A stretch of 64,000 nt of DNA, from contig OZ374558.1 in NCBI GenBank assembly GCA_977862235.1, positions 372,001 to 436,000 of the forward strand, read 5' to 3'. Positions 47,532 through 59,284 of this stretch are shown here, piece after piece. Below the pieces are notes generated by a model. That model ran no database searches. It saw only the letters and a list, made by a program, of their open reading frames with translations, and was not told the origin of the DNA. A program made the translations under genes and the position numbers. Each line of letters starts with the position of its first letter. The stretch's first letter is position 1. This DNA comes from Dudresnaya verticillata. Its lineage: Eukaryota.

Positions 47532-48496
47532 CTTCATCTGCACTCGCTTCCACGACAGGGGCTTCGAAGTCAAGCCAGTGGAAGAAGTTCGCCACGTTCT
47601 GTGCGCAGGAAGACCTCATGGCACTGCCCGCGGCCAAAGGGTCTGTCCTGGCATATTTCGGATTCCTTTTCGAAGAAGGGAGAGTTCATTCCCGATCCAT
47701 CGACCATTACGTCTCGGCTATACGGACAAGGCATCAACGCGACGGATTTCCAGATCCTTGCGAGGGACCAGCACTGAGCGACCTCGTTCGGGCTTTTAAA
47801 CGGGAGGACGACGGACGAGGATCACTACAAGATGTTCGTGTGGCCCTCCCCGGGTCTACCATATGGCGTATTAGATGCTTCGGCTTGACACAGAAGGCGG
47901 GTTCCGTTCTGCACCGCGATTCGGCTCTTATCGAGTTTCAGTACCTCATGATGTGGCGTGAATCGTCTGCACGGTCTATTGAAAAGCAGGATGTATCGGT
48001 TACGCATTATACCTCGGGAACTACAGCCTACATTTCGATATCCGCACGCCCACGCTCCTTCAAAGGCCGCCCGGTCCGCGGCATTGAGGCTCACGCACTG
48101 GTTTGTGCTGGATCAGGAGAAGATAACGCGTTGGCACTGCAGGCTTCTTTCTTTAAGCACCAGACATTCTCCTCTCCATCGAGTTTGTATTGGTCACTGG
48201 ATGGCATGAAAATGTCCCCACAATGTGTGACCCGAGCTTTGCAAAACATCCTAGCGAGTTTATCAGTGGTGCCTCCGGCGTTTGGGTTTTATGCCTCACA
48301 CAGTTTGCGAAGCGGTGCTGCGACGGCTTTAGTCCTACTAGGTGTTCCGCTCCCGGTGATTGTTCAACGTGGGGGTTGGCGCACATCCAGAATGGTCATC
48401 AATGTTTACTTCGACGGTCGACTCCGTCAAGACTCGGAAATGGAGCGCTACTTCTGGTCGCTCTTGCCAAGCACATCACTCCCGTCCCTGCAATAG
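47144..48496 (+). CDS. DIRS tyrosine recombinase
   Basis: QWKKFATFC and SIDHYVSAIRTRH (N-terminal domain); catalytic R in MWRES, then HSLRSGAAT, GGWRT and NVY. Confidence 0.9.
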   Translation: MASRGRPGGSSQGNQGATGRVLGRRPEQTLEPSPPVDSNHTPQDRERASSRRGGGSALDGSQLVQFVASRLPIVTCGPIDRGPSLRLRIRESGLGTRAGRSWTPAQAAFQASIETQLPRTSVGRASRRLASSALASTTGASKSSQWKKFATFCAQEDLMALPAAKGSVLAYFGFLFEEGRVHSRSIDHYVSAIRTRHQRDGFPDPCEGPALSDLVRAFKREDDGRGSLQDVRVALPGSTIWRIRCFGLTQKAGSVLHRDSALIEFQYLMMWRESSARSIEKQDVSVTHYTSGTTAYISISARPRSFKGRPVRGIEAHALVCAGSGEDNALALQASFFKHQTFSSPSSLYWSLDGMKMSPQCVTRALQNILASLSVVPPAFGFYASHSLRSGAATALVLLGVPLPVIVQRGGWRTSRMVINVYFDGRLRQDSEMERYFWSLLPSTSLPSLQ

Positions 48497-50730
48497 ACTA
48501 CGACGTGTAGCTCGCCATGTTCTAGTCCCTGCCGCTCTACATCGTCTCCGAAATCGGTTTTTCATGTTGTGTCAAAGATGCCGCTTTACAGGTATGAAAA
48601 GACTGACCAAGAACAGCGAACTTCGCTGAGCGTCCCGAAGGGGTATCTAGGGTACTGTATATGGTCCACCGAATAGTTGTCACCAGGATTGACGCCGACT
48701 CAAGATGGTTCACAAATGAAGGACGCTAATTTGGGTACAGTGCCGAAAATGGTGTCAACAACAGTGACTCCCAATACGACTCCAGGGCGATACTCCGCAA
48801 TGCCTTGTACGCTACTCTCGGGGACATCTAGGCTGTACTTAAGGGAGCCGGAAACTCTTCGTAGAGAGTTCCGCAAGTTCATCCTGTTCCCGCCCTCCCT
48901 CCCTAAGGATTTGATACTCACAAGTTCATCCTTTTCCTCCTCCTTCCTATACCTTGACAAGAGCGCCTAGAAGTGCTTCTATCCTCTTATCTTAGTTGTC
49001 ATCGGTTTGTCAAATGGAGTTCTATTTACAAGTAAAGGCTTCCATTTCTTTTCAATTTTCGTCATCCGCGTGCGATGGCATTGCCTAAGAAGGTGCCTCG
49101 CTGCCGTGCCGCCGTGTTGCTTGTTGATTTGCGGACATCCACAAGCTGAGTGGTAAACTCAGCTTAGTCGGAGATGACACGATGTGGATGGGTTGTTGCT
49201 GGCAAGGATGGTTCAGGCCTTTCCGTGATGTCATGGAGCCAACTCGCAGGAAGGGTTGTCAACAACCCCATCATCATCATCACAACTTTATTGAAGCAAG
49301 ACGAACAGCGGAAACCCTAATGACTTAGCCGCTGATGACTACTGGAAGGCCTGGACTAACGGGACGTCGACGATTCACGGCGAGGGCGGTGAGCTGGAGA
49401 ATGCGGGAAACCAGTGGTGAAACTAACGAACAACAACCCCTGCTGCAAGTTGGTTCCAGTAGACCCAGCCTTAGGTTAGGGCTTAGGATAGGTCTACTAG
49501 AGCCAACTCACGACACACACACATATTCCTTGTGGACATTGGATTTTTATCCTCCGCATTGTTCGGATATCAGACAACATACTTAACCGTTCTGTCTGCA
49601 TATTTTCTAAAGGGTGTTACTTGTTCTTCTTATCTTTGAAGCAGCAAGTAATTTATATCTATGCCAACATTCGTCGCCAACATTCGTCCCAATAACGTTT
49701 TCTCCTCTCCTTTCCGAGCGACAGATCCCAATAAATTGTACCCCTCAATAAATAAATATTTGCGGTCACTCTTTCCATTTTGCAGAACGTCATTGCAGCT
49801 AGACACGTTCTTTTTCAATATTTATTGAGGGACAGAATATGTGTTGCAATAACCCTTTCGAACCAACTGTGTTAACACAACGGGTTTATGACTAACGCAA
49901 TGCGAAAACTGAACCTTCAATATAAATATAAATTTATTGCATTGCGTGCCTACCCTTGACACAATACGAATTGAATATATCCCAGACACTACAAAAATGT
50001 TATCCCCCTATGAAGCTGTCTATTTAAAGCACGGGCTTTTTTCACGCTCAGAAGTACTGTTCTAATAACTCCTTGATCTCTAGAAAGAGACATAGTTTCT
50101 AGACTTAAAGCTCCAACATTGATATCTATTTCTGGGACAACTGCAAAACTAGAGCGAGATGCCATCCATATCAGTTTATTGAACAAGGAAACCCTCTGGT
50201 TGTGTCCCCTGGCGAAGTTCTGTCACCATCGCAGCCATGCCTGTCAATTGGATCTGAAATCCAACAACCATCCACAGAAGTTTTTGATATGGAAAGAATG
50301 TTTTCCGGTTGGAAACAAGTCAAGCTACGGTAACAGAGATGTTCTCTTTTTATTTCTTGTCTAGGGTGGTCCTATGCGGGCAAATAGGGCCCATGGTGGG
50401 CAATAACGTATACAGACGTAGAAGCGTGCCAAGAATGCCAAGAGTGCTGTTCTTTTCAATTTTCGTCGCACCAAAAAACGAGAGAGGACCCGTGGCCGTC
50501 AAGACACTACCCCGTACAAGGGGTAAGGGGACTCGGACCAACCAGCTTCCAGAAACACCAAGTCCTGCTTGCTGAAAAGGATGAGATACGTAAAGAAAAT
50601 CAAGAGAAGACTTCTCCGCCGTCGGGGCGATAACCTTCCAGAAAGCAACAAAGTTTGCAATGTGATCTGGTGCTTTTCTCGCCTGCTGACGCGAACTCGG
50701 AACGTGTAAGGTTGCGAAAGCACTTCTTCA

Positions 50731-51215
50731 GTGATCCACTTAGCCCTCTATTGTTTGCATTGGTCCTGCAACCTCTCTTGTGTCTCCTTCGTACCCGTTT
50801 CTCTATGCCTTTGCAGGTATTCTTCGCCGATGATGGAAACTCTCCTCCTGCCTCGCAGTATGCTCGGTTCAGTTCTTTCTTTCCTCGCAACGGAAGGATC
50901 TAAGATTGGGTTCCATCTCAATCTTTCCAAAACCACTGCTTGGTGGTGGCGCCGTCCCTCTCGAATCCCTGTCACTACTAACGGGTGCCATGTTACTATA
51001 TCTCACGATGATGCTCTAACTGTGCTCGGCTCTCCTATCGGACACTCTGCTGGTTGCCAAGCCCAGTTTCATTCCCGACGGATCAGGGAAACACGTCTGT
51101 TGGAAGCGCTTCCAACTCTAAATGACCCACAAATGGCCTATCATCTCTTGCGCTATTGCTCCGGTGCTTGAAAGCTGATCTATACCCTACGAACTGCCCC
51201 GCCGCATCTAACATT
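50731..51215 (+). mobile_element. 5' part of the same CRE insertion as 30219, truncated
   Basis: Same junction (cttcttca/gtgatcc) and sequence as 30219-30703, ending abruptly at the Gypsy. Confidence 0.9.
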
Positions 51216-53961
51216 GGTCTTACTTGGCTACTTCAAAGTAACCAAAAGGTCGCTGTGGCACACGTTCTATCGGCTATCCGTCCGGTAAGTCTCCGGAATC
51301 GGTTACAATCTGACCTGAACTTCGCCCAGCGTGGCCTCAAAAAGGATTTCAAAGGCTTCATTAAGCATACCCTTAAGGTTTCAGATGCCTTCCAGTTGGT
51401 TGACCAAGGTCCAAAGGCTAAGTCAAAGGACCAGAAACTTAACAAGTCATACCGTTCAGGAAACAACTCTACTACGCATACCTTTACGGAAATAACGTCA
51501 ACCTCAACAGGTACCAAACCTCAACGCGAGTTACCACCTTGCCCATTTGGTCCCTGTCGTGCAAAAGGGCTGAAGCATTTTATCAAGCATTGCCCAGAAG
51601 CAACCTACGAGGAAAAATCGAAGATGTACGAAGACCTTAAAGCCGCTAAACTTCGCGACGGTCCATCTCGGTCTACCCGTAGCCGAACTGGTTCTACTTC
51701 AACAAGTTCAAAGTCTACTTCCTCACCTATTGGTTCTAAACCGAGGACTTCGGGGCGAGTTGGTACTAAAACGTATCTCCCTGCAGTCGAACACTCTTTG
51801 GAGCATCCTTCCTGCAAGATTACCTTATCGGATGGTACCGTAGCGCTTACAGCTACTGGTCGTACCGACGATGGTAGTGACGACAGTCTCGTATCCCGAA
51901 AGGTTGCTGAAAAAGCAGTTCTCCAAGGAATTGGTAGGATGACAGCCATCAAACCTATTAAGTTGAGAGTCGCTCTCAAAGCTGGAGACGAATCTCAGCA
52001 GTTCTCCTTCTCCCGATCATGGACACCTCCGAGGACAGTACTTCATTTGTCTTCGGGACAACTTGCTCTCGTGAACGTAACTTACTTAGTTGCTGATGAG
52101 GAGCTTACGTGTGAGGACCTCCTCATTGGTTTACCGGTACTGCAGCATTTGCAGGTCGACACCAGAACCTTATTGAAATACAACCGTTCTGAATTGGATG
52201 GTGCAGACTGCTCCAGCATTGGTAACCCCACAAGGGAAAATCAAAAAGGTGCTATGAGCAGGATGATGATCTCGAGACTTAACCTAGTGACTGAAAATGG
52301 TACATCGACCACCACAGGTACTCAGGATGACCCACTCGTGGAACGTCCTCGCGTGAGTTACTTCCAGGCAAGGAACGAGGAGGATCCTTTTCCTGACCCC
52401 TCGTTGTTAGACCCAGTGGACAGTGACCAGCATGGTAATATTGAAGATGCCATCCAGGTCATGAAAAAAGCCGCCTTTGACGCAGGACTTCCTACAACCT
52501 CAAAGGAGACACTGTGCAAGATTGTGGACGAACACAAAAATATCTTCCGCACTGGTTTCTCTTCTGGTGAACCTGCACGGCTTCCTCCACTCAAGGTTGA
52601 ACTTACGCCTGACGCGCGACCTGTCAAGGTTCGCTTAAGAAATTACTCTCAGGAGCAGCGTTCGTTCCTTGCAAAATTTGTGGTGGAGCTCGTCCGGCAT
52701 GGATTGGCCTATCCGAACCCTACATCCGCATGGGCATGTGCACCTTTGTTGGTTCCCAAACCTGGTCCTGCAAGATATCGTTTTACTGTTGACTTACGCC
52801 CAGTCAATAAGTTCACCATGAAGCATCAGTACCCGATGCCAAACTTGGAACATGAACTCACTGAGCTATCTACCTCAAAGGTATATGCTACCTTTGATTT
52901 CTCACATGGTTATTGGCAGCTCGAGCTCGCTCGAGAATCGCAAGCCCTGCAGTCCTTTATAACCCCCGATGGCATTTATTCGCCTACGCGTGTCCTGCAC
53001 GGTACTACCAACGCGGTGTCACATTTACAGTCCTCTCTCGCGACAATACTACCCGACAAACTGCGTCGCAAGACTCTACGCTGGTTGGACGACGTTCTTG
53101 CCCACGATTCCACCATATCAGGTTTACTCGAGTCTATTCGTTCACTGTTTAGTCTCTTCGTACAGTACAACCTGAAATTACATCCGGTGAAGTGCACTCT
53201 CTTCGCAAAAACCATTCGCTGGTGTGGGAGACTGATTTCACCAACAGGTATTCGCTATGACCCAGCTCACCTTAATGGTCTCCTTCAAATGGCTCTTCCT
53301 ACCACCGGGGCACTCCTTCAACAATTTATCTGTGCTCTACAGTGGGTAAGATGCGGTATTCCCAACTTCACCAAATTGGTACAGCCCCTGCATGACTTCA
53401 TGGAGCTGATATATGACCATGCTGGTAAACGCACTAAGCGTGCCGTCGCGCGCTTCAGCTAGCCACCTTTGGCTGGAATCACCATCTTACGGAAACCTTT
53501 GAAGAATGCAAGAAAGCTCTCGCCCTTCAGGTTACGCTCGCGCATCGCGACTACAAAAAACGCCTCTGCATCTATACAGACGCATCCGATACCATATGGT
53601 CTGGTATCCTCACTCAGCTTCCCCACAAGGACCTTCCGCTACCGCCTTCGGAACAAAACCACGAACCTTTGGCATTCCTCTCAGGTCGATTTAACAAGAC
53701 CCAAATGGGTTGGTCCACTTTGGAGAAGGAAGCCTATGCGGTTGTCGCCTCCTTAACGCGCACCCACTGGCTTACTGCTACCCCCGAGGGTTTCGACTTG
53801 TATACGGATCATAACAATTTGATCTTCCTCTTCGACCCACTCTCGGTAGTTCCTGATCTCTCTCAGACTACCATTCGTAAGGTTCTCCGTTGGGCTGTCT
53901 GCCTCAGCGTTTACAATTATACTTGTTTCCATTTCAAGGGGCCGGACAATGTTTGGGCTGA
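51216..53961 (+). mobile_element. Ty3/Gypsy LTR retrotransposon internal fragment (gag C-terminus, protease, RT, RNase H), frameshifted
   Basis: CPFGPC...H...HC knuckle, DDGSD protease motif, RFTVDLRPVN, FDFSHGYWQ, WLDD; after a frameshift at ~53460, YTDAS, EKEAYAV, YTDHNNL, NVWAD. No LTR in view. Confidence 0.92.
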
Positions 53962-54757
53962 CACTACAAGTCCATTTCCGGGCCAGATCAATAAAGTCCC
54001 ATAAATTTTATTCAGGGCCGGGCCATACAATTACTGCTGCGGCGTGATGAAAATTCTGTACAGAAATTATATCCGTATCGGGCCAGACCTAGAAAATAGG
54101 ACTTAAGCCCCCGATAGATTTGGCGCCACGGCGCAGCCCGTTTAATCATCTTTGTGCGCCACGTACGTTGCGCTTGCACGATGAAGGAGCTGATCCGGAC
54201 AGTTAAACCCGTTGTCTCACGTTAACACTTTTACGCCTTTACAACATCAGTTGCTCAGTACTGAGACCACCTCAAGCGTTTATCGTATACACCGACTTGA
54301 CTTTGCTCAGACCAGTAGTATTGCTGTTCTGAACAATTACTGTGAAGTTCGAGACGCGCTTACATGACATTCTGAAACATGAGCAGTACTGCTCCTGCCC
54401 AACGAAGCAGTTGTTCTACAACAATACTGGCATCACTATTCTACGATACAATGAATGCGTCAGGTCACCGTTACTATCGTCCGCGCGCGTTGCATTTGTA
54501 GCTCCAGAGTAATGAAAAGTTGTCGTTTGCTTTACTTGTACACATTGGTCATAGTATCCTACCTACGCTAATCGTTAGAATATTTCCGGTACGAATCCGG
54601 AAAGATTCGAACAATTGTTCGAATGTTCACGCATGTCCACCTGATACCTTTACGCTAGAAGAGACTTTCAACGCTAGCGTTACGGCACATATATCTGTGT
54701 TGGTGATGAAGCTTCATGTGTTGGTGATGAAGCTTCATCATCAACACAGGTAAATGT

Positions 54758-55248
54758 GCCGTACGGCTCCTTGAAAGCTGCCATGCTTGCGTACGCGAAT
54801 CGATCTTCATCATAAGCACAGACGCAAATACGAAATGGACAGAAATGTTAGAGTCGGATCCTTACCGTACGGTGCTCGGCGTGATTGTAGGACTGGGTAT
54901 GCGTACGCGAAACTCACCTTGCCAATTGACAACTAATGTAGAAGAGACTTCCAACACTTGCAGTCATGTGGGCCGTACAGCTCCTTGAAAGCTGCCATGC
55001 TTGCGTACGCGAATCGATCTTCATCATAAGCACAGACGCAAATACTTCGCTTCGAAGTGGACAGAAATGTTAGAGTCGGATCCTGACCGTACGGTTCTCG
55101 GCGTGATTGTAGGACTGGGTATGCGTACGCGAAACTCACCTTGCCAATTGACAACTAAGGTAGAAGAGACGTCCAACACTTGCAGTCATGTGGGCCGTAC
55201 GGCTCCTTGAAAGCTGCCATGCTTGCGTACGCGAATCGATCTTCATCA
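54758..55248. repeat. Tandem repeat, ~214-221-bp unit, ~2.25 copies
   Basis: gccgtac(g/a)gctccttgaaagctgccatgcttgcgtacgcgaatcgatcttcatca at ~54758, 54972 and 55194. Confidence 0.9.
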
Positions 55249-56498
55249 ACTTGAGATTCACATGGTGATGAGACCTCTCAGAGAATGTCAGAGAATGAGG
55301 CGGACCGTGAGGTGAAGCGCACTTCGCCGCGCTCGGCTTGTCGTACGACAGGCTAGCGAGATTGAGCGCAAAGAAAATGTGTGAGATGCGTGGGTTCAGA
55401 CGCATAGGCACGACGGTCGTCGTCGATGCGTACGCGTCTGACCCGTCGCGATCGAACGCTGCATCAGTAAATCTGCCGAAAAGGCGGACTTTCGACATTT
55501 CTGTCATCTGATCCTCGAGAATCGCACGTACGTGCGCGTGCATCGCACAATGCATGCAGCCATAGCAATGGAGAACGCCACGCAAAATGCATAATGCGAG
55601 CATGCGGTGGCCACGGTTGGGGGTTGTTCTGTCAGTATCGATTATTTCTGGACAGTTATTGGCCAGATTTGTATTTCTGAAACGAGCTGCGGTACCGCAT
55701 GTCCACTGAGCCAGTAGAGTGAACTGTACATATCTGTAAGACGAGATCCCATGATCTCACAGTGTCGAGACCTTGAAAAAGATATTTAAATGTCCCATTG
55801 CCCAATCAGAGCTCAATGTATTTACATCATTTCAACGCTTATTGGTCGTCGTGATGCAATGAATATACGCACAGTCAAACGGGGTCTTCCATGTTTAATA
55901 AGGGTAAAAACAGTTTGCAGTACTGCACTGTAATCCATGGTCCCATGCCCACGTGGAGCTCGACTATGCTACCACCATTCGGGGTCTGTATGACCTATAC
56001 CCTGCACGCGCCTACCATATCAATGAATTTGCTCGTACCAGCGCTCGTTTTTTTCTCTTCTAAACATCTTTCCTGTACTTTCGAAACTCTCTATTTGTTG
56101 GTACAGGCCATACCCCCTTGTAAGTCTCGTCCGATACGTCTAATGATCTGGAACTGCAGTGGGAGTAAATATCGAAGCTTTTACAGAATAGCTATTGTTC
56201 GACATCCAGTACTGGTCAAGAACAAATACGCATATCTGATTTAAATTGCGCAGAGCAGAAGAGGTATTAAATTGATATTTATTGAAATACCATGACACCG
56301 TGTTTTCGATAGTAATACTGGTAGCTTGCCAAGCTGTACAGCTGAGCACAACTTAAGTTACTGAATGCATTCACTGCATGCAGTAACGAGGTACGGATCC
56401 GAGGTAAAGAATATTCTCTAAATGAAATGAAATAGCTACGCATTAATATTAAGGGGTTGCGCAGCAGATTTACTAGAAACAAATATTTAAGGTTAGCG

Positions 56499-59280
56499 TC
56501 AAGCAATTCTTGGTGGGTACCCATTAACGCGCCTTTGGAAGGACATTTTCCCGCCTTGTGATAAAGTTTCGCAGTGTCTGACCTCCCCTTTATCTGCATC
56601 GAACACACAACTCCGTACGGAGTTCTCCCCGTTCTGACAAAAGTGATACAACGCAACCCTTCGTACGCTGGGATGCAATTGGAGAACACGAAACGACTGA
56701 GAACTTAAAGGTTCTTCTATATGAAGAATAGAGTTTCCAGATGGTTTGCAACGCACGCAAAGCACCCACACACTATCTGGTACCAGAAGTGCACATAAAA
56801 CAACAAAAAGGTAAGGTTTCGCATCAGGGCTGGTATATGGTACCAGAAAGGGTCTTCCAATATCTTCAGGACTGAGATATGCTTGAATAACAGTGTTGAA
56901 GTAAATGCAATCGAACGCGGCAGGGGTTCCTATTTGCACGCCATTGTTTCCAACCCTAATTCTTTTCGCCAACTTATAAAGTTGAGGGATAGAACTATCT
57001 CCTCGACTGAGCCGTTCAGTGGAAGGATAAAATGCATTCAGGCTTTTCCAGGTTGATGTAAGGGCGTCCTCTACATCCCTCTCCGGAAGGCAAAGAGCTT
57101 TGGCTACATCCTGCGCTGTCGTACGACTTTTGCATATCCATTTCGAAGATTTCTGTACAGAAAAGTTTCCAGCTCTTCCTTGCTTCCCTATCTGCTTTTC
57201 TAGAGTGCGGTTAATATGTCCGCTAATGGCCGCGTCAGCTTTTGCCAGAATGTCGGAATCCTTCTCCTCGTCGAGCAAATGCACTTCTTCTCCGAGCAGC
57301 AGCCTTCGTTCGAAGCGCTTTTTTTGGATTTCGTGTTCAGGAGAACCGGAAAGTGCTAGCAGTACTGCTAGTCTTGCTTGCCAATCATTCCCCACACAAT
57401 GATCTATCGCCGAAAGGTGGGAATTTTTCTGGTTGCTTCTTTGAAGACATCGTTTCAGAGGTTGGTGCGCACACTCAAACACCAACTCCATAAACTCTCT
57501 AACATGTCCGAAGGCAGGTATGGAGTGTTCATAGAGTTCAATTAGACGGTGGAGGTTTGGTTTATCCAGCAGTTTCCTCTTCTCTTCAACCTCTGTACAG
57601 AGCTTTTCGCCACCTTCCACGTACCGTTTGGAGAGTACTCTCAACTCCGATATATAACTCATATTACTACCCCGGACGGTATCATAGGCCTTAAACCCAT
57701 CCAGTTCTTGCTCTGGCCACCAATAAGTGAATGCCACAAGCCGCTGGAAAAGTTTGAGAAGCTCCAGAGTTCGGTCGTATTCAGTACGGTTTGATCGAAT
57801 GAAAGCTCTTAAAATTGTGAACATCGGTACCGACACAACTAAGACACAGAATGTTCCCGAAAGGCTCATTGTGTTCAGCTTCTTGACATCCTCATTAAAT
57901 ACTCGCTTCTGTTTTATAAGTCCATTTTTAGTGACACCAGCACATATTCTGGCGTCCGCCTGTATTCTTAGTTCCTTTGTTGGGAGGCTGAGAAACATCG
58001 CTAGCATAATGTTTTTCGACAGTCCTGTCAAGAGATGATCTGGTGCCACGAGATTGGAACGGTACGCGTCGAACAGTCCTGTCACGACGGGTTCTCCTTG
58101 AACATTCTTCTGAATGCCTTATCGTGCGTCTTGCAAGGCGTTTTGGAAATATAGTAGAGGACAGTTACTGTCTGAGGCTTTGGATTGTCGTACGAGTCCA
58201 AGGAAGCTTGCATCTGCGTCCGCAATGCCATTTTTTCTAATAGACGTATGTCTCTCGCCGTGTCGAAGGAAAGCGGAATTCCTTGCGTGAACCTGTGTTG
58301 TATACCCATACCTCGTCCCATCAGCCTGTGATTTAGGGAGTCTTCGGAAGGAACACAAAGTGCACGGAGCATTTCTAACATGACCGACGACGTCAATCGT
58401 GCCCGCGGATGCTGGGTAGTCCGCAACGTACCCAACGACGTCGATAAATATTTTGACTGCCACACCGTCCGGTGTGAATCCATCTACTCCTTCTGAAGCT
58501 GCCTTAACCAAGTCTGCAACTATGAATCTCAATACCTCATTGGATGAAACTCCGGGAGGTGTTAAGCTAACTATCCGTACGGATGAAGCTGACCTTCGTG
58601 CCTCTGGGGTAACGAAATGGGGAGCATGTAACAACCTCCAGCTGACCCTTGAGAGCTCATTGTAACAGACGTTTGAAAGTCATCACAATATAAGAGTACT
58701 CTATATACAACGTATGGTTGCCCTCCCTTCTGAAGGATTCCATGCTTTTTGTTACTGCTCCGACTGGAAGGGAGATTGGGGAACAGACTGGTTCCGGGCA
58801 CATAGCAGACCCTCTCAACAACATGTTGTATTAATTTGTCCGGCTCTATTGCTATTATCCTGCAATTGATCTCAGTAAAACTCCGTACGGAGTCCCATTT
58901 TATCCAAATGACTGTCTTGGAAGCCTCCCCGTCCTCATTTCTCCAGAACCAATGCACAAGAATAGGGAAGACAGATGAGGGCGCTTCACACGTATTTTTC
59001 TTTGTATTGCGTAGAAGACAACATAGGTCTGAAGGGAGTACTCCCAAGGCAGAATACTCAGTATCACTTCTTGTTCCGGGTCCGGATGCAGAATCTTTTA
59101 AACATTCCATCACTTTCTTCTCGCGTTTTGATAAGTGTGCAAGCTTTACGGACCTTTCAAAGCTTTTTGTTGTCTTTCCATTTGCTCCAACGCTCAGCTC
59201 AAGGCCTCCTCAACTCTATCGTGGAAAGGTTTGTTCCGCCCACCACTCGCGGGCGACTGCCAGCTCCCTCAGCAAACAGG
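56499..59280 (-). pseudogene. CACTA/Plavaka-related DDE transposase, 5'-deleted, with one frameshift and premature stops
   Basis: YRVLLYCDDF, GGCYM (frameshift ~58610), GYVADYPA, PCTLC, TAA at 58119-58121 in frame with PDHLLTG, KPNLHRLIE, FECAHQPLKR. Confidence 0.8.
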
Positions 59281-59284
59281 GACA

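Larger units (their letters stand above)
44530..49054 (+). mobile_element. DIRS-order (PAT-like) tyrosine-recombinase retrotransposon, apparently full length
   Basis: gag-like, RT/RNaseH, methyltransferase-like and YR regions; 321-bp direct repeats at 44530-44850 and 48565-48885; empty site cttttaca/attttcg at ~16394 and ~28541. Confidence 0.93.
32166..51215. repeat. Tandem segmental duplication, copy 3 (extra TE insertions, ~1.25-kb deletion, truncated on the right)
   Basis: Same order of segments, with more substitutions than between copies 1 and 2. Confidence 0.95.

Noticed and set aside
54758..55248. CRISPR-like array
   Set aside because: Whole ~215-bp units repeat with no unique spacers and no cas genes; eukaryotic context.
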